From Candidatus Hydrogenedentota bacterium (GTDB lineage: Bacteria; Hydrogenedentota; Hydrogenedentia; Hydrogenedentales; SLHB01): a stretch of DNA of 54,373 bases. The position numbers and the translations under genes are program-made. This document shows, in pieces, positions 29,223 to 38,292 of the stretch. Each line of letters begins with the position of its first letter. Within the stretch, counting starts at the first letter, position 1. Below the pieces are notes generated by a model that saw only the letters and a program-made list of their open reading frames with translations, made no database searches and had not been told where the DNA came from. Where the stretch lies: positions 1-54,373 of the forward strand of contig JAWXCN010000173.1 of NCBI GenBank assembly GCA_034408725.1. The letters are read 5' to 3'.

Positions 29223-30080
29223 TTATGTCCTGTCTACTGCCGCGATCACCTGATTTACGGCCGGCCACGCTTCCCCACACACAACCGAAACTCGCTCGCC
29301 CCGCGGCGCCCATACCTCTGGCTCGGTCACACTAAAAATAGCAACAGTCCAGCACCCGCACGCCGCCGCAAGGTGAGTGACGCCGCTATCATTACCAATA
29401 TAGAGCGCGGTCCCCGCCAAATGCCGCGCAAGCGTGACAACACTGACGACTTCGATCACGCGCGCGGCATGCGGTACTTCGAGTCCCGCTTCCGCCGGCC
29501 CGAGTATCCATTCGACGTTGCGACCCCGCGCCTCCAGTGCGTCCGCGACCGCGACAAAATTCTCTATCGGCCAATTCTTCCGTCCACTGCCGCTGCCCGC
29601 ATGAATGACGGCGTCGTGCGCGAACCCATCATCCTCGAACGGCAACACGAGAGGCGGCAACACTTTGTACCCCAACGATTCCGAGTAATACGCGCCCGCG
29701 TGCAACTGCCAATCCTTCGGCGGCAAACCGGCATACACACGCACGTCTGACACACCGGCGGACAATAGCGCGCGGCGAATTTGTCCGCCGTCATCTGTCA
29801 TCCAGACAACGACCCGGTCGAATTGCGCGACGAACTTCTCGAACCGTGACGTAGGCGTGCTGAAAATGCTCCCGAATTCGATGTCGTCGAGCAGGTATGC
29901 GTCCTCCGCGATCCCGCAAACCACGGCGAGATTCAGCCGGTCGCGATCCGCGCCGGCAAGCGATACGGGACCTTCCTCCGCCAGCCGTTTGAGACACGGA
30001 CAAAACAACAGAAAATCACCAATGCCTCCGGTATGAATGACGAGTGTCCGAGTTTTTGACGAGGAGCGTTGCACGATCAT
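29223..30080 (-). CDS. Glycosyltransferase family 9 (heptosyltransferase-like)
   Basis: GGIGD, HAGSG..KNWP and GNDSGVTHLAAA motifs. Confidence 0.9.
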   Translation of the reverse strand: MIVQRSSSKTRTLVIHTGGIGDFLLFCPCLKRLAEEGPVSLAGADRDRLNLAVVCGIAEDAYLLDDIEFGSIFSTPTSRFEKFVAQFDRVVVWMTDDGGQIRRALLSAGVSDVRVYAGLPPKDWQLHAGAYYSESLGYKVLPPLVLPFEDDGFAHDAVIHAGSGSGRKNWPIENFVAVADALEARGRNVEWILGPAEAGLEVPHAARVIEVVSVVTLARHLAGTALYIGNDSGVTHLAAACGCWTVAIFSVTEPEVWAPRGERVSVVCGEAWPAVNQVIAAVDRT

Positions 30081-31561
30081 CGTGCCAGTGCTTTCTCGAC
30101 TACTTCATACACAACAATGCGCGCCTCGGGGTAGGGCGACAGATCGGCATTCAATACGCGCAGCCAATTCGGCGCGTTCGCGGGCTCGAGCAGCGGCTTC
30201 ATTGCCGGGATCATCTCCGTGGAATACCGCGCGTCCACGACGACATACCTCGCGCCGGCATCCAGCACGCGCGCATGAATGTCTTCGATGGAATCTTCCG
30301 GGGCTGGTCCGGTTGTGGGCATCCCGGCGTAGTAACCCATCTGCGGTTTCCGCGATAGAATCAGGCCGGGCGCGAGATGCTCATGCATCCAATTCCCAGC
30401 CAACTTGTATTCGAGCGGCCTGTATGACATCTTCCCGAAAAACGGCGGTAAAATATTCGCCAGCAATCCCACCACCATCATCAGGGCGATCACAATAACA
30501 GGCGCATGGCGCAAGCGCGCATACGCAGTTGATTGCGCGAAGCGGTCTGCTATCACCGCGGTGCCGCGCGACGACCACAGACTCAACGCCACGATCGCCG
30601 TCATGACATAGCGGGGTTCCGCAAACGTGCTCAACGCCGCCGCGCACAACTGCGCGCCCGCAAGAAGCTGCACGACACGTTCCGCGCGCGCGTCGCGCCA
30701 GGCGCTCAAACGCGCAAACATACCGGGCACGAGCAGCAGCAACAACACCGGTCCAAGCATGATTGGTATCGTCGTTAAAAGAAGACGCAGGCCGGTTGCC
30801 GTCACGGTCCATCCCCAGTCGTCCAACACGAATCCAAGCGAAGACACCGACATTCGCGGAGTCACGCCGGCCTGCGCCGCGAGCCGCTTTACGAAAATGA
30901 GATGGACGGGTATCGCAACTGCGAGCAAAATTACGGCGGGCGCTAACTGCAAAATCTTCGCGCCTTCATCTTTTCGCAATAACAATCCGCACGCTAGTGC
31001 CGCGACGGCGATCAGGATTCCCTCGGGCCGCGCGAGATAGAGCAGCAGCAACGCGATTGCCAATGCATACGGATAACCCCCGCCGCGCCGGACCGCGAGA
31101 ATTAACAACCCAGCCGACACAAACCAGAGCAGCGCATAGATCGATTCCGGCGCGACACGGCATCCGTAATCAACCAACCACGGCCAAAGTGACGCAACGA
31201 CCGCGACAATGCGCGCGCTGTCGCGGCCGTGCAAAGCATGCGACAACAGGAACAGAACAGGGACCAACAACGTCATCGCGATCAGGGATACAACCAGCCC
31301 GGCCAATTCCAAATCCCGCGCCAGGAAGGAACCCGCCGCCGTGAGAATGGGGTACAGAAGCGGTATACGCGGATAGACGTCGGAAAACCTGCCCTCGGCA
31401 ATCTTCCCTGCGGCGTCCAGGTAAAGGATCGAATCCGCGGAATCAATTACCTGCGGTGTTGCCATGAAAAATACGGCTCGCACAATCGCCGCGAAAAACG
31501 TCCATAGCAACAGTTCGCGAACAAGTCCTGCCGGAGTGCGGGCGTCGCACGGTGACATCAT
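30077..31561 (-). CDS. ArnT/PMT-like (GT-C) membrane glycosyltransferase
   Basis: DS..Y near the N-terminus, P.LYP, RPEG and PRY motifs; many TM helices. Confidence 0.8.
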   Translation of the reverse strand: MMSPCDARTPAGLVRELLLWTFFAAIVRAVFFMATPQVIDSADSILYLDAAGKIAEGRFSDVYPRIPLLYPILTAAGSFLARDLELAGLVVSLIAMTLLVPVLFLLSHALHGRDSARIVAVVASLWPWLVDYGCRVAPESIYALLWFVSAGLLILAVRRGGGYPYALAIALLLLYLARPEGILIAVAALACGLLLRKDEGAKILQLAPAVILLAVAIPVHLIFVKRLAAQAGVTPRMSVSSLGFVLDDWGWTVTATGLRLLLTTIPIMLGPVLLLLLVPGMFARLSAWRDARAERVVQLLAGAQLCAAALSTFAEPRYVMTAIVALSLWSSRGTAVIADRFAQSTAYARLRHAPVIVIALMMVVGLLANILPPFFGKMSYRPLEYKLAGNWMHEHLAPGLILSRKPQMGYYAGMPTTGPAPEDSIEDIHARVLDAGARYVVVDARYSTEMIPAMKPLLEPANAPNWLRVLNADLSPYPEARIVVYEVVEKALAR

Positions 31562-31568
31562 ATCTCAA

Positions 31569-32291
31569 TCACACCAGCACCAGGAACGCCATCAAACCCA
31601 CCTCGACGCTTCCATGCACAATGAGGGGCAGCATCAGGTTCTTCCGGCGGACTACCCATGCAGTGAAGACTAGGCCCGCGCCGAACATCAGCAATGCTTC
31701 GAGCGGATGTTTTTGTAGGTGGTAAACGCCTTCAAACACCGGTACGACAAGCCAACCAAAACGCGGCCAACGTTCCGCGAACGGACGCAGCAGAAAATAC
31801 CGGAGCATGAACTCCCACGCGGGCAACCATGAAATGTTCCAAAGCAGAAACTGGCGCAAGTGCCGCAGTTTTGTGTCCCAGGGCAACTCACGCGAAGACG
31901 GGTAGTATTCGCGCAAGGCGGGAATAAAAAGGATCGCCAAAACTGAAATTGCGCCGAGTATCGTGAGCACGGAAAGCAGATGGATGTCACTGCGCTTCCA
32001 CCGGGAAAACCCAAAATAAGCCCAATCCCAGCGCATGTTCTCTTGCGCAGCTTCTGGAGCGTATTTCCGCGCAACTCGTGCCATGGCGGCGCACCATACA
32101 AGTGGCACGACGAGCCAAAATACAAACTTGAAATAGTCAAACTGCGCGAGCAGACCATCGGCGCGCCAATGAAATATCCGCCAATTGACCCCGAACTGGC
32201 GCGCGTCCGGCATGACCGCGAGTGTATCGACCGCCAATACAATGGCGACGTACGCGCCTATAAACCAAACCATATTGTTGCGTAAGGGCAT
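31569..32291 (-). CDS. CPBP (CAAX/Abi) intramembrane glutamic endopeptidase family protein
   Basis: WEFMLR, YH..K and C-terminal H motifs; multi-TM. Start approximate. Confidence 0.7.
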   Translation of the reverse strand: MPLRNNMVWFIGAYVAIVLAVDTLAVMPDARQFGVNWRIFHWRADGLLAQFDYFKFVFWLVVPLVWCAAMARVARKYAPEAAQENMRWDWAYFGFSRWKRSDIHLLSVLTILGAISVLAILFIPALREYYPSSRELPWDTKLRHLRQFLLWNISWLPAWEFMLRYFLLRPFAERWPRFGWLVVPVFEGVYHLQKHPLEALLMFGAGLVFTAWVVRRKNLMLPLIVHGSVEVGLMAFLVLV

Positions 32292-32301
32292 GGAATGGAT
32301 T

Positions 32302-32991
32302 TCAGCGCGCGATGCGTTTTCCGATGGCAGTATCCGGAAACGGGCATAACTCCCGCACGGGACATTCCGAACAGATCGGCGATCGCGCAATGCAGATGGC
32401 CCTGCCGTGAAACACCATGCAATGCGAAAACATCGTCCAGTCCTTTTCCAGAACAATTTTCATGATGTCCTGCTCGATTTTTTTCGGGTCCTCGTTCCGC
32501 GTGAAGCGAAGCCGATTCGTCACTCGCGTGCAATGTGTGTCGACGATGACGCCCGGCACGCCAAAACATTCGCCCAAAATGACGTTCGCGGTTTTCCGGC
32601 CCACACCTTTGAGCGTCAACAGTTCCTCCATCGTCCCCGGTACTTTGCCGCCGAACTTTTCGACAATGGTTTTGCAGGCGCTGCGGATGCTCTTCGCCTT
32701 TTGACGGTAAAACCCGCAGGAATGAATTTCTTTCTCAAGCTCGCCTTCCGCTGCGTTAAGGTAGTCTTCCGGCCTACGGTATTTCTTGAACAGTGATTTC
32801 GTCACAATGTTGACGCGCTCATCAGTGCATTGCGCCGCGAGGATTGTGGAAACCATCAACTGCAATGGTTGCTGAAAATCCAGCGAACATGTCGCGTCCG
32901 GATAGCGGCGTTTCAGCCGCCTCAGCACTTCCGCCGCCCGCGCGCGGTTCGCCGTTTGCGTAAACTGTAGCTTCGCCAAAGGTAACTCCAT
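32302..32991 (-). CDS. nth: Endonuclease III
   Basis: AQCTD.RVN, HhH GVGRKTAN, VDTH and 4Fe-4S C-x6-C-x2-C-x5-C motifs. Confidence 0.96.
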   Translation of the reverse strand: MELPLAKLQFTQTANRARAAEVLRRLKRRYPDATCSLDFQQPLQLMVSTILAAQCTDERVNIVTKSLFKKYRRPEDYLNAAEGELEKEIHSCGFYRQKAKSIRSACKTIVEKFGGKVPGTMEELLTLKGVGRKTANVILGECFGVPGVIVDTHCTRVTNRLRFTRNEDPKKIEQDIMKIVLEKDWTMFSHCMVFHGRAICIARSPICSECPVRELCPFPDTAIGKRIAR

Positions 32992-32999
32992 TCAACATT

Positions 33000-33063
33000 C
33001 ACCACGAAGGCACGAAGTATACGAAGAAAAACCTGAGATCATATTCTTCGTGCTTTCGTGGTG
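33000..33063. repeat. Intergenic inverted repeat of CACGAAG units
   Basis: CACCACGAAGGCACGAAG (33000-33017) pairs with CTTCGTGCTTTCGTGGTG (33046-33063), 17/18 complementary. Confidence 0.8.
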
Positions 33064-33066
33064 TAA

Positions 33067-34770
33067 CTATTTCTTATTTTTCCACGCGAGGAATTGCTCA
33101 ACTTCCAGACAATTTACCACGTGTTCCGGCGCGAGCCAGCCTTTCCGCGCGATACCCAAACCGTATTGAACGTCATCGAGCGCTTCCACGCTATGCGCGT
33201 CCGGGCCAATGCTGAATAAAGCGCCCTTGTCCCGCGCGCGCTTGATATGACGCCAATCGATATCGAGCCGCCGCGGGTTTGCATTGATCTCGATGATTAC
33301 GCGGTTCGCGATACACGCGTCCACGACGCGATCCATGTCCAGCGGGTAACCCTCCCGTATCGTCAACAGCCGTCCCGTCGGATGACCAAGAATTACGGTA
33401 TAAGGGTTCTCGACCGCCCGTATCACCCGTTGTGTTGCGTCGGCTTCGCTCATGTTCTGGCCGCTGTGGACGGACGCAATAAGCATTTCAAATGTCTTCA
33501 GCACGTCTTCGTCGTAATCCAACGCGCCACTACCGCGAATATCGGACTCGATACACCGCACCACCCGGAACGGTTTTAACTTTTTGTTAACTGCTGCAAT
33601 CTCCTGGTGCTGCTTCACAACCGCTTCGGGCACGAGGCCACCGGCATACGCCGCCGATTGGCTATGGTCCGCGAGCACAAGATAGCGGTAACCTCGTTCC
33701 ATTGCGCCACGCGCCATCTGTTCGATGCTCGCCTTTCCATCGCTGTACGTCGAATGACAATGGATGACGCCAAGCAAATCGCCCTGCTCGATGAGCCTCG
33801 GCGCGCTCGACAGCTCCAACTCTCCCATGTCTTCGCGAAGTTCCGGCGCGATGTATGGGAGGTCTAACGCCGCGAACAATGCCGTTTCATCCGCACACGG
33901 AACAAGCGACTCGCCGCGAAAAAGGCCGTACTCGTTCATCTTCAGGCCGCGGTCTTTTGCGCGCTGGCGCATCGCGACGTTGTGTTGTTTGCTGCCCGTG
34001 AAATGGTGCAGCGCATATGGAAACTCCGTGTCCGTGACGACGCGCAAATCCGCCGCCAACCCCGAAAGTAACACGACGCTTGACTTTGTTTCCCCCCGGC
34101 CCGTCACGCGCTCGACACCGTCCGCCCCCACGAACCGCGCCATCAGCGTTTCGGGATCATCCGATGACGCGACAATGTCGATGTCCTTCACGACCTCTTT
34201 GCGGCGGCGCAGGCTGCCCGCAATTTCGATACGGATCGCGGCCTTGTCTTGGGCAATCCAGTCACGCAGGTGTACCGCTTCCGCATGCGCCTTGTGGAAC
34301 AACGATTGACCCGCGTGCTTCTTCGCAAACCCGATTCCCTCGATAATTTTTTGCTGCATCTTGTCGCCGAAACCTTTGAGCGCGGCGATGCTGCTGTTTG
34401 CGCACGCCGCATCCAATTCTTCCAGCGAGGAAATCTTCAAATCTTCATACAAAGTGCGAATGCGTTTCGCGCCGAGCCCCGGAATGTGAAACAGTCTGAA
34501 CAAAGATTCGGGAAATTTCGCGCGCAACGCTTCGTGATACCCGAGTGCGCCGGTTGTGACGAGCTCCTCGATTTTCGCCTCGAGCGCTTCACCGACTCCC
34601 TTTATTTCGCGAAGCCGTTTGGCGCTAACCAACGTCTCAAGCTCATCCTCGTGCATCTCCAGCGCGCGCGCTACATTCACATACGAACGCGATTTGAATG
34701 GGTTCTCACCGGACAACTCCAACAACAACGCGATTTCTTCCAAAACCGCCGCAACCTCTTTTTTCGTCAT
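33067..34770 (-). CDS. polX: DNA polymerase X / PHP 3'-5' exonuclease
   Basis: GENPFK, AGSLRR...DID, DLR and HFTGSK motifs; PHP motifs HCHS..SDG, DHS, HPTGR and DAH. Confidence 0.96.
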   Translation of the reverse strand: MTKKEVAAVLEEIALLLELSGENPFKSRSYVNVARALEMHEDELETLVSAKRLREIKGVGEALEAKIEELVTTGALGYHEALRAKFPESLFRLFHIPGLGAKRIRTLYEDLKISSLEELDAACANSSIAALKGFGDKMQQKIIEGIGFAKKHAGQSLFHKAHAEAVHLRDWIAQDKAAIRIEIAGSLRRRKEVVKDIDIVASSDDPETLMARFVGADGVERVTGRGETKSSVVLLSGLAADLRVVTDTEFPYALHHFTGSKQHNVAMRQRAKDRGLKMNEYGLFRGESLVPCADETALFAALDLPYIAPELREDMGELELSSAPRLIEQGDLLGVIHCHSTYSDGKASIEQMARGAMERGYRYLVLADHSQSAAYAGGLVPEAVVKQHQEIAAVNKKLKPFRVVRCIESDIRGSGALDYDEDVLKTFEMLIASVHSGQNMSEADATQRVIRAVENPYTVILGHPTGRLLTIREGYPLDMDRVVDACIANRVIIEINANPRRLDIDWRHIKRARDKGALFSIGPDAHSVEALDDVQYGLGIARKGWLAPEHVVNCLEVEQFLAWKNKK

Positions 34771-34914
34771 CGTCCCTTGCCTTCACCGCGTTGTAACGTC
34801 TCCCCGGCACGCGGGTAATGTCCCGGAGTGGTTGCTTTCGACTCTACACGACGCCGATACGAAAGCCAACGCCATCGGCGCGCCTGGCGTAAATTCTTCA
34901 CGGGAGTCTCGCGA

Positions 34915-35522
34915 ATGAATAGACGTGTATCCATATTGGCAACCCTGCTTACTGTTTCTATCATGGCCGGGTGCAGTGTAAAGATGGGCTCGAGATCGGC
35001 CCCATCGCCATGACAATCCCCATGGGTTCGGGCACACTTGATCCCTCCCAGTTCCCAGACTCCGGAAACCTTCCTATCCTCATCGGCAGCGTTCGCCGGG
35101 ATATCTGCAACCTTCCCACGGAAGACCAACTTGCGGAGGTCTTCCGCACCGCGGGCAGCATCGATCTGTCAAGCGTCGTGCGGCTCAGCCGCCTCGAACT
35201 CGACCAAACGGTCCTCCATGTCGCGTCCGGCTCGCTCCGCGGAATCAAGGCCGTTCAACTTTATTTCGTTCCGAAGTCCGGCAGCATTTTCGGCACGGTC
35301 AACCTCGGAGGCGCATACTCCCTGAGCGGGTTCGATGACACGATTGAAATTTCGCCCCCCTCCGGTGTAGACCTTCTCGAGCTCGTCCGGGAAAACGATG
35401 CCATGCCAGGGGAAGGCTGCCCTCAATTACTCGTCCAAGCCGCCGGCTCCATCCCCGAGGACCCGATTGAATGGGAGGTACAATTGGAAATCAACGGCTA
35501 CGCCCAGCTTGGCATCTTCTAA
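34915..35522 (+). pseudogene. Hypothetical lipoprotein gene split by a frameshift (or a sequencing error)
   Basis: RBS GGGAG + ATG 34915 gives the lipoprotein signal MNRRVSILATLLTVSIMAGC, which stops at 35013. The mature-like body (KDGLEIGPI...QLGIF) is in another frame, 34971-35522. Confidence 0.6.
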
Positions 35523-35544
35523 CACCCGCAAAATCAGGGCAATC

Positions 35545-35870
35545 GCGCCTTGGACTGCGGCGTGTCAGGGCCGCTTTCACTTCGGATAACCGAATGCTTC
35601 AGGCTCACGCGTATCGAAAGCACGACAATCGCGCTAATTTACGAAGCAACCTTGCCCAGGAAATGGAAAGCGGCAGCTACCCGCCGCCGCACTCCAAGGC
35701 GCTCCTCGCGGATTTTAGACGTCACTTGGCCGCGCGTAGCGCCTTGGACTGCGGCGTGTCAGCGCCGCTTTCACTTCGGATAACCGAAATGCTCCATGAA
35801 ACTGAAGGCTTCAGGCTCACGTGAATCGACATCAGCGACAATCGCGCCCAATTGCGAAGCAACCTTGCCC
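35545..35870. repeat. REP cluster (BIME/REPIN-like): three alternating REP units within a duplicated ~115-130 bp module
   Basis: GCGCCTTGGACTGCGGCGTGTCAG(G/C)GCCGCTTTC at 35545-35578 and 35739-35772, with an inverted unit at 35666-35703. The spacers are also duplicated (35545-35657 vs 35739-35870). Confidence 0.85.
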
Positions 35871-35928
35871 TACCCCCTTCGTATATCATACCCCTCACAA
35901 CTTTCGAAACCAGAATGGGAGGTCTCAC

Positions 35929-36522
35929 ATGCTTGCATCGCGAATAGCGCGCAACTCTGGCGTTGCTGTGGCGATGCTTGTTGCCAGTTGCGGCAACGGC
36001 GCCAAAGAACCTGCGGCCACCGCACCCGTAGAATCCGGCCCAGTCGCCACGGCGCAGGCCGCGCTTCCCACGGGTACAGCGCCAGTCGAGGGAGGCACGC
36101 TCACACTGAACGCGCAAGGCAAGCCCGTCACGGTTACACTCGACTTCGTGGGGTTAACCAATACCGACGCCGGGTACCCAGATTTCGTAGAGATAGAAGG
36201 GCCCGGCACTTTTCTTGCCGCGCGCATTGAACCCAAGATGCCATCGTCGCCGGAAGTAGACGACGCGTACTTTGCACCCGTAATCGGACGCGACTTGCCG
36301 ATGGATGTACCCTTGGATTTATTGACCACTCCCCGCGAACTCACGATTCCCGATCAAGGGACCTATCCGGTTACAGGCGGCAACATCACGATGGAAAAAT
36401 TCAGTTTGGGCAAAGAAGGCCGCGCCTTCTGGGAGGGACGGATAACCGTAACCATTCAAACCTCCCAAGGTCCCGTCAGCCTTCCCGGTACTTTCAATGT
36501 CTGCATCGTCCCGACATGGTGA
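35929..36522 (+). CDS. Hypothetical lipoprotein
   Basis: RBS GGAGG; signal ending in the VASC lipobox. Confidence 0.75.
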   Translation: MLASRIARNSGVAVAMLVASCGNGAKEPAATAPVESGPVATAQAALPTGTAPVEGGTLTLNAQGKPVTVTLDFVGLTNTDAGYPDFVEIEGPGTFLAARIEPKMPSSPEVDDAYFAPVIGRDLPMDVPLDLLTTPRELTIPDQGTYPVTGGNITMEKFSLGKEGRAFWEGRITVTIQTSQGPVSLPGTFNVCIVPTW

Positions 36523-36595
36523 CGGCGGACGTGTCAACGCGAGCACATTCGGAGTCGTTGTATTCAGCGGCGCCGGGTTTGGATGGGAGAATTGC

Positions 36596-37690
36596 ATGGT
36601 CCGTAGTCTAGCCGCCTTTGGAGCATTGATGTCCGTCGCGCTGTGCGTCCACGCGGGCACCCTGCGCGTCGGTGTGCCCGACGTGCAGGGGACAAACGTG
36701 GTCCTGCCTGTCCTGCTCGAAGGCGAAATTCCCGGCGGGGTAGCCGCCCTCGATTTCACGCTGTTGTATGACCCTGCCGTGTTCGAGCCCGTCGGGGCCG
36801 AGGCCGGTGCCGCCGCCGTGGCCGCGCGCAAGCAGGTCCAATCCAATGAATCCAGCCCCGGCAACTATGTCGTCACGATGTTCGGCATGAACCAGACGAC
36901 AGTTCAGAACGGCCAGATAGTGGAGATCATATTGTCGGCAAAAACATTGCCGTCCTCCAACCAGTCTGCCGTAACAATTGATCAAACTACCCTCGCGTCC
37001 GTCGATGGTTTCGAGATCGCGTCCCAGGGCAGCGATCAAACCATAACATTCCGGCCAGCGCCAAATGATGATGGTGATCCGGACAATGAACCAAAAACGC
37101 CAGAGGAGCCCGGCGCTCCAGAAGTCCCGAATGTGCCCGCGCCGCCACCGCCGACGCCTGCGAACCCTGCAACACCTGGCGAACCGGCCCCCGGCGGCGT
37201 AGTCGTCCCGCGCGTGCCTGGCAATCCAAACCCCGTGCAGCCACGCGATCTAAACACCGGGTCGAACCCTTTTTTCAGAGGCGCACCGGACATCGAAGCA
37301 CCCGCGCCACTCGCGAGCACCGCGGGCCGACTCGCGCGCATGAATGCCGCTGCCAAACAGATGGATTCCGCGCGCGCTTCGTTGAATGCGCCTACGTCAA
37401 GTGATACCACCCCCGATGCGCCGATCATATCCTCGCTGGATTCTTCTTCCGGTCGAGCAGCTCCGTCAAGCGTCATCACCCCTGGAGCGCAGGAAATCGG
37501 CGACGCCACGCGCATAGCGCTCGCATCACCGAACACCAGCACGCTTCCGGGCAAATTAGCGCCAAAAATAACTGAAAATGGTTCGACAGTGTCGGTCATT
37601 TCGGATACGTCGCGGAGGGGCCTAATCATCGTAATGATTGCGGTTGCGATGGGGGCGATTCTGATTCGCATTCGGAAACGGCGCGCATAA
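36596..37690 (+). CDS. Cohesin-domain surface protein with Pro-rich linker and C-terminal TM anchor
   Basis: Signal peptide, V.LPV.L...VAALDFTL.YDP.VF cohesin-like pattern, P/S/T-rich linker, hydrophobic helix + RIRKRRA. Confidence 0.75.
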   Translation: MVRSLAAFGALMSVALCVHAGTLRVGVPDVQGTNVVLPVLLEGEIPGGVAALDFTLLYDPAVFEPVGAEAGAAAVAARKQVQSNESSPGNYVVTMFGMNQTTVQNGQIVEIILSAKTLPSSNQSAVTIDQTTLASVDGFEIASQGSDQTITFRPAPNDDGDPDNEPKTPEEPGAPEVPNVPAPPPPTPANPATPGEPAPGGVVVPRVPGNPNPVQPRDLNTGSNPFFRGAPDIEAPAPLASTAGRLARMNAAAKQMDSARASLNAPTSSDTTPDAPIISSLDSSSGRAAPSSVITPGAQEIGDATRIALASPNTSTLPGKLAPKITENGSTVSVISDTSRRGLIIVMIAVAMGAILIRIRKRRA

Positions 37691-37713
37691 AAAACGAGCG
37701 CCACAAACCAACG

Positions 37714-38235
37714 TCAAGCCAGCAAACAGCCTTCCAATCCCAACAAATCCTGCTTCCACTCCAGTCCTGCCGCGAAGCCATGCAGTGTGCCGTCTTTTCC
37801 AATAAACCGGTGGCAGGGTACAAGCAACGCAACCGGATTCTGCCCAAGCGCATGGCCAACGGCGCGCGCCGCGCCCAGGGGTTTGCCCATGCGCACAGCG
37901 AGTTCCCCATAGGTCATCGTTTGGCCCCAACGAATCTCGCGCGCCGACTCCCACACCTCGCGCTGAAACGGCGTGCCTGCGCGTAAATCCAAAGGTATAT
38001 TCGAGAACATTTCAAGCAGTCCCGAAAAATAGCGTTCCAGCGATTCGGTCAATGCCCGGACCCGCGCGTCGTTCACCCCGGAGTGCAGCACCGTGCGCTG
38101 TAACGCACCGTGTTCAGCATGCGGCAACTCCAAACGGCACAAGCCTACTGAAGAAATCCATCCATATACAGGACCGCGTGCGTGGTCCAAACGAAATGTC
38201 GCGGGTTGATCGCACCCATGTTCAAACGTCGGCAT
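37714..38235 (-). CDS. ogt: Methylated-DNA--protein-cysteine methyltransferase
   Basis: GTPFQ.EVW, TYGELA, ARAVG and NP...VPCHR motifs. Confidence 0.93.
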   Translation of the reverse strand: MPTFEHGCDQPATFRLDHARGPVYGWISSVGLCRLELPHAEHGALQRTVLHSGVNDARVRALTESLERYFSGLLEMFSNIPLDLRAGTPFQREVWESAREIRWGQTMTYGELAVRMGKPLGAARAVGHALGQNPVALLVPCHRFIGKDGTLHGFAAGLEWKQDLLGLEGCLLA

Positions 38236-38292
38236 TGCTCATTCTTACCCGTATCGGTATCGGGATTCCAATCAAATCCGCGCCCGAAAAAA

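Noticed and set aside
35545-35870. REP cluster as a CRISPR array or as small ORFs
   Set aside because: Orientation alternates and the spacers are duplicated rather than unique; the ORFs there are translations of the repeat.
32302-38235. nth, polX and ogt as a dedicated repair island
   Set aside because: ogt is separated from polX by unrelated genes on the opposite strand, and no shared regulatory motif was seen.
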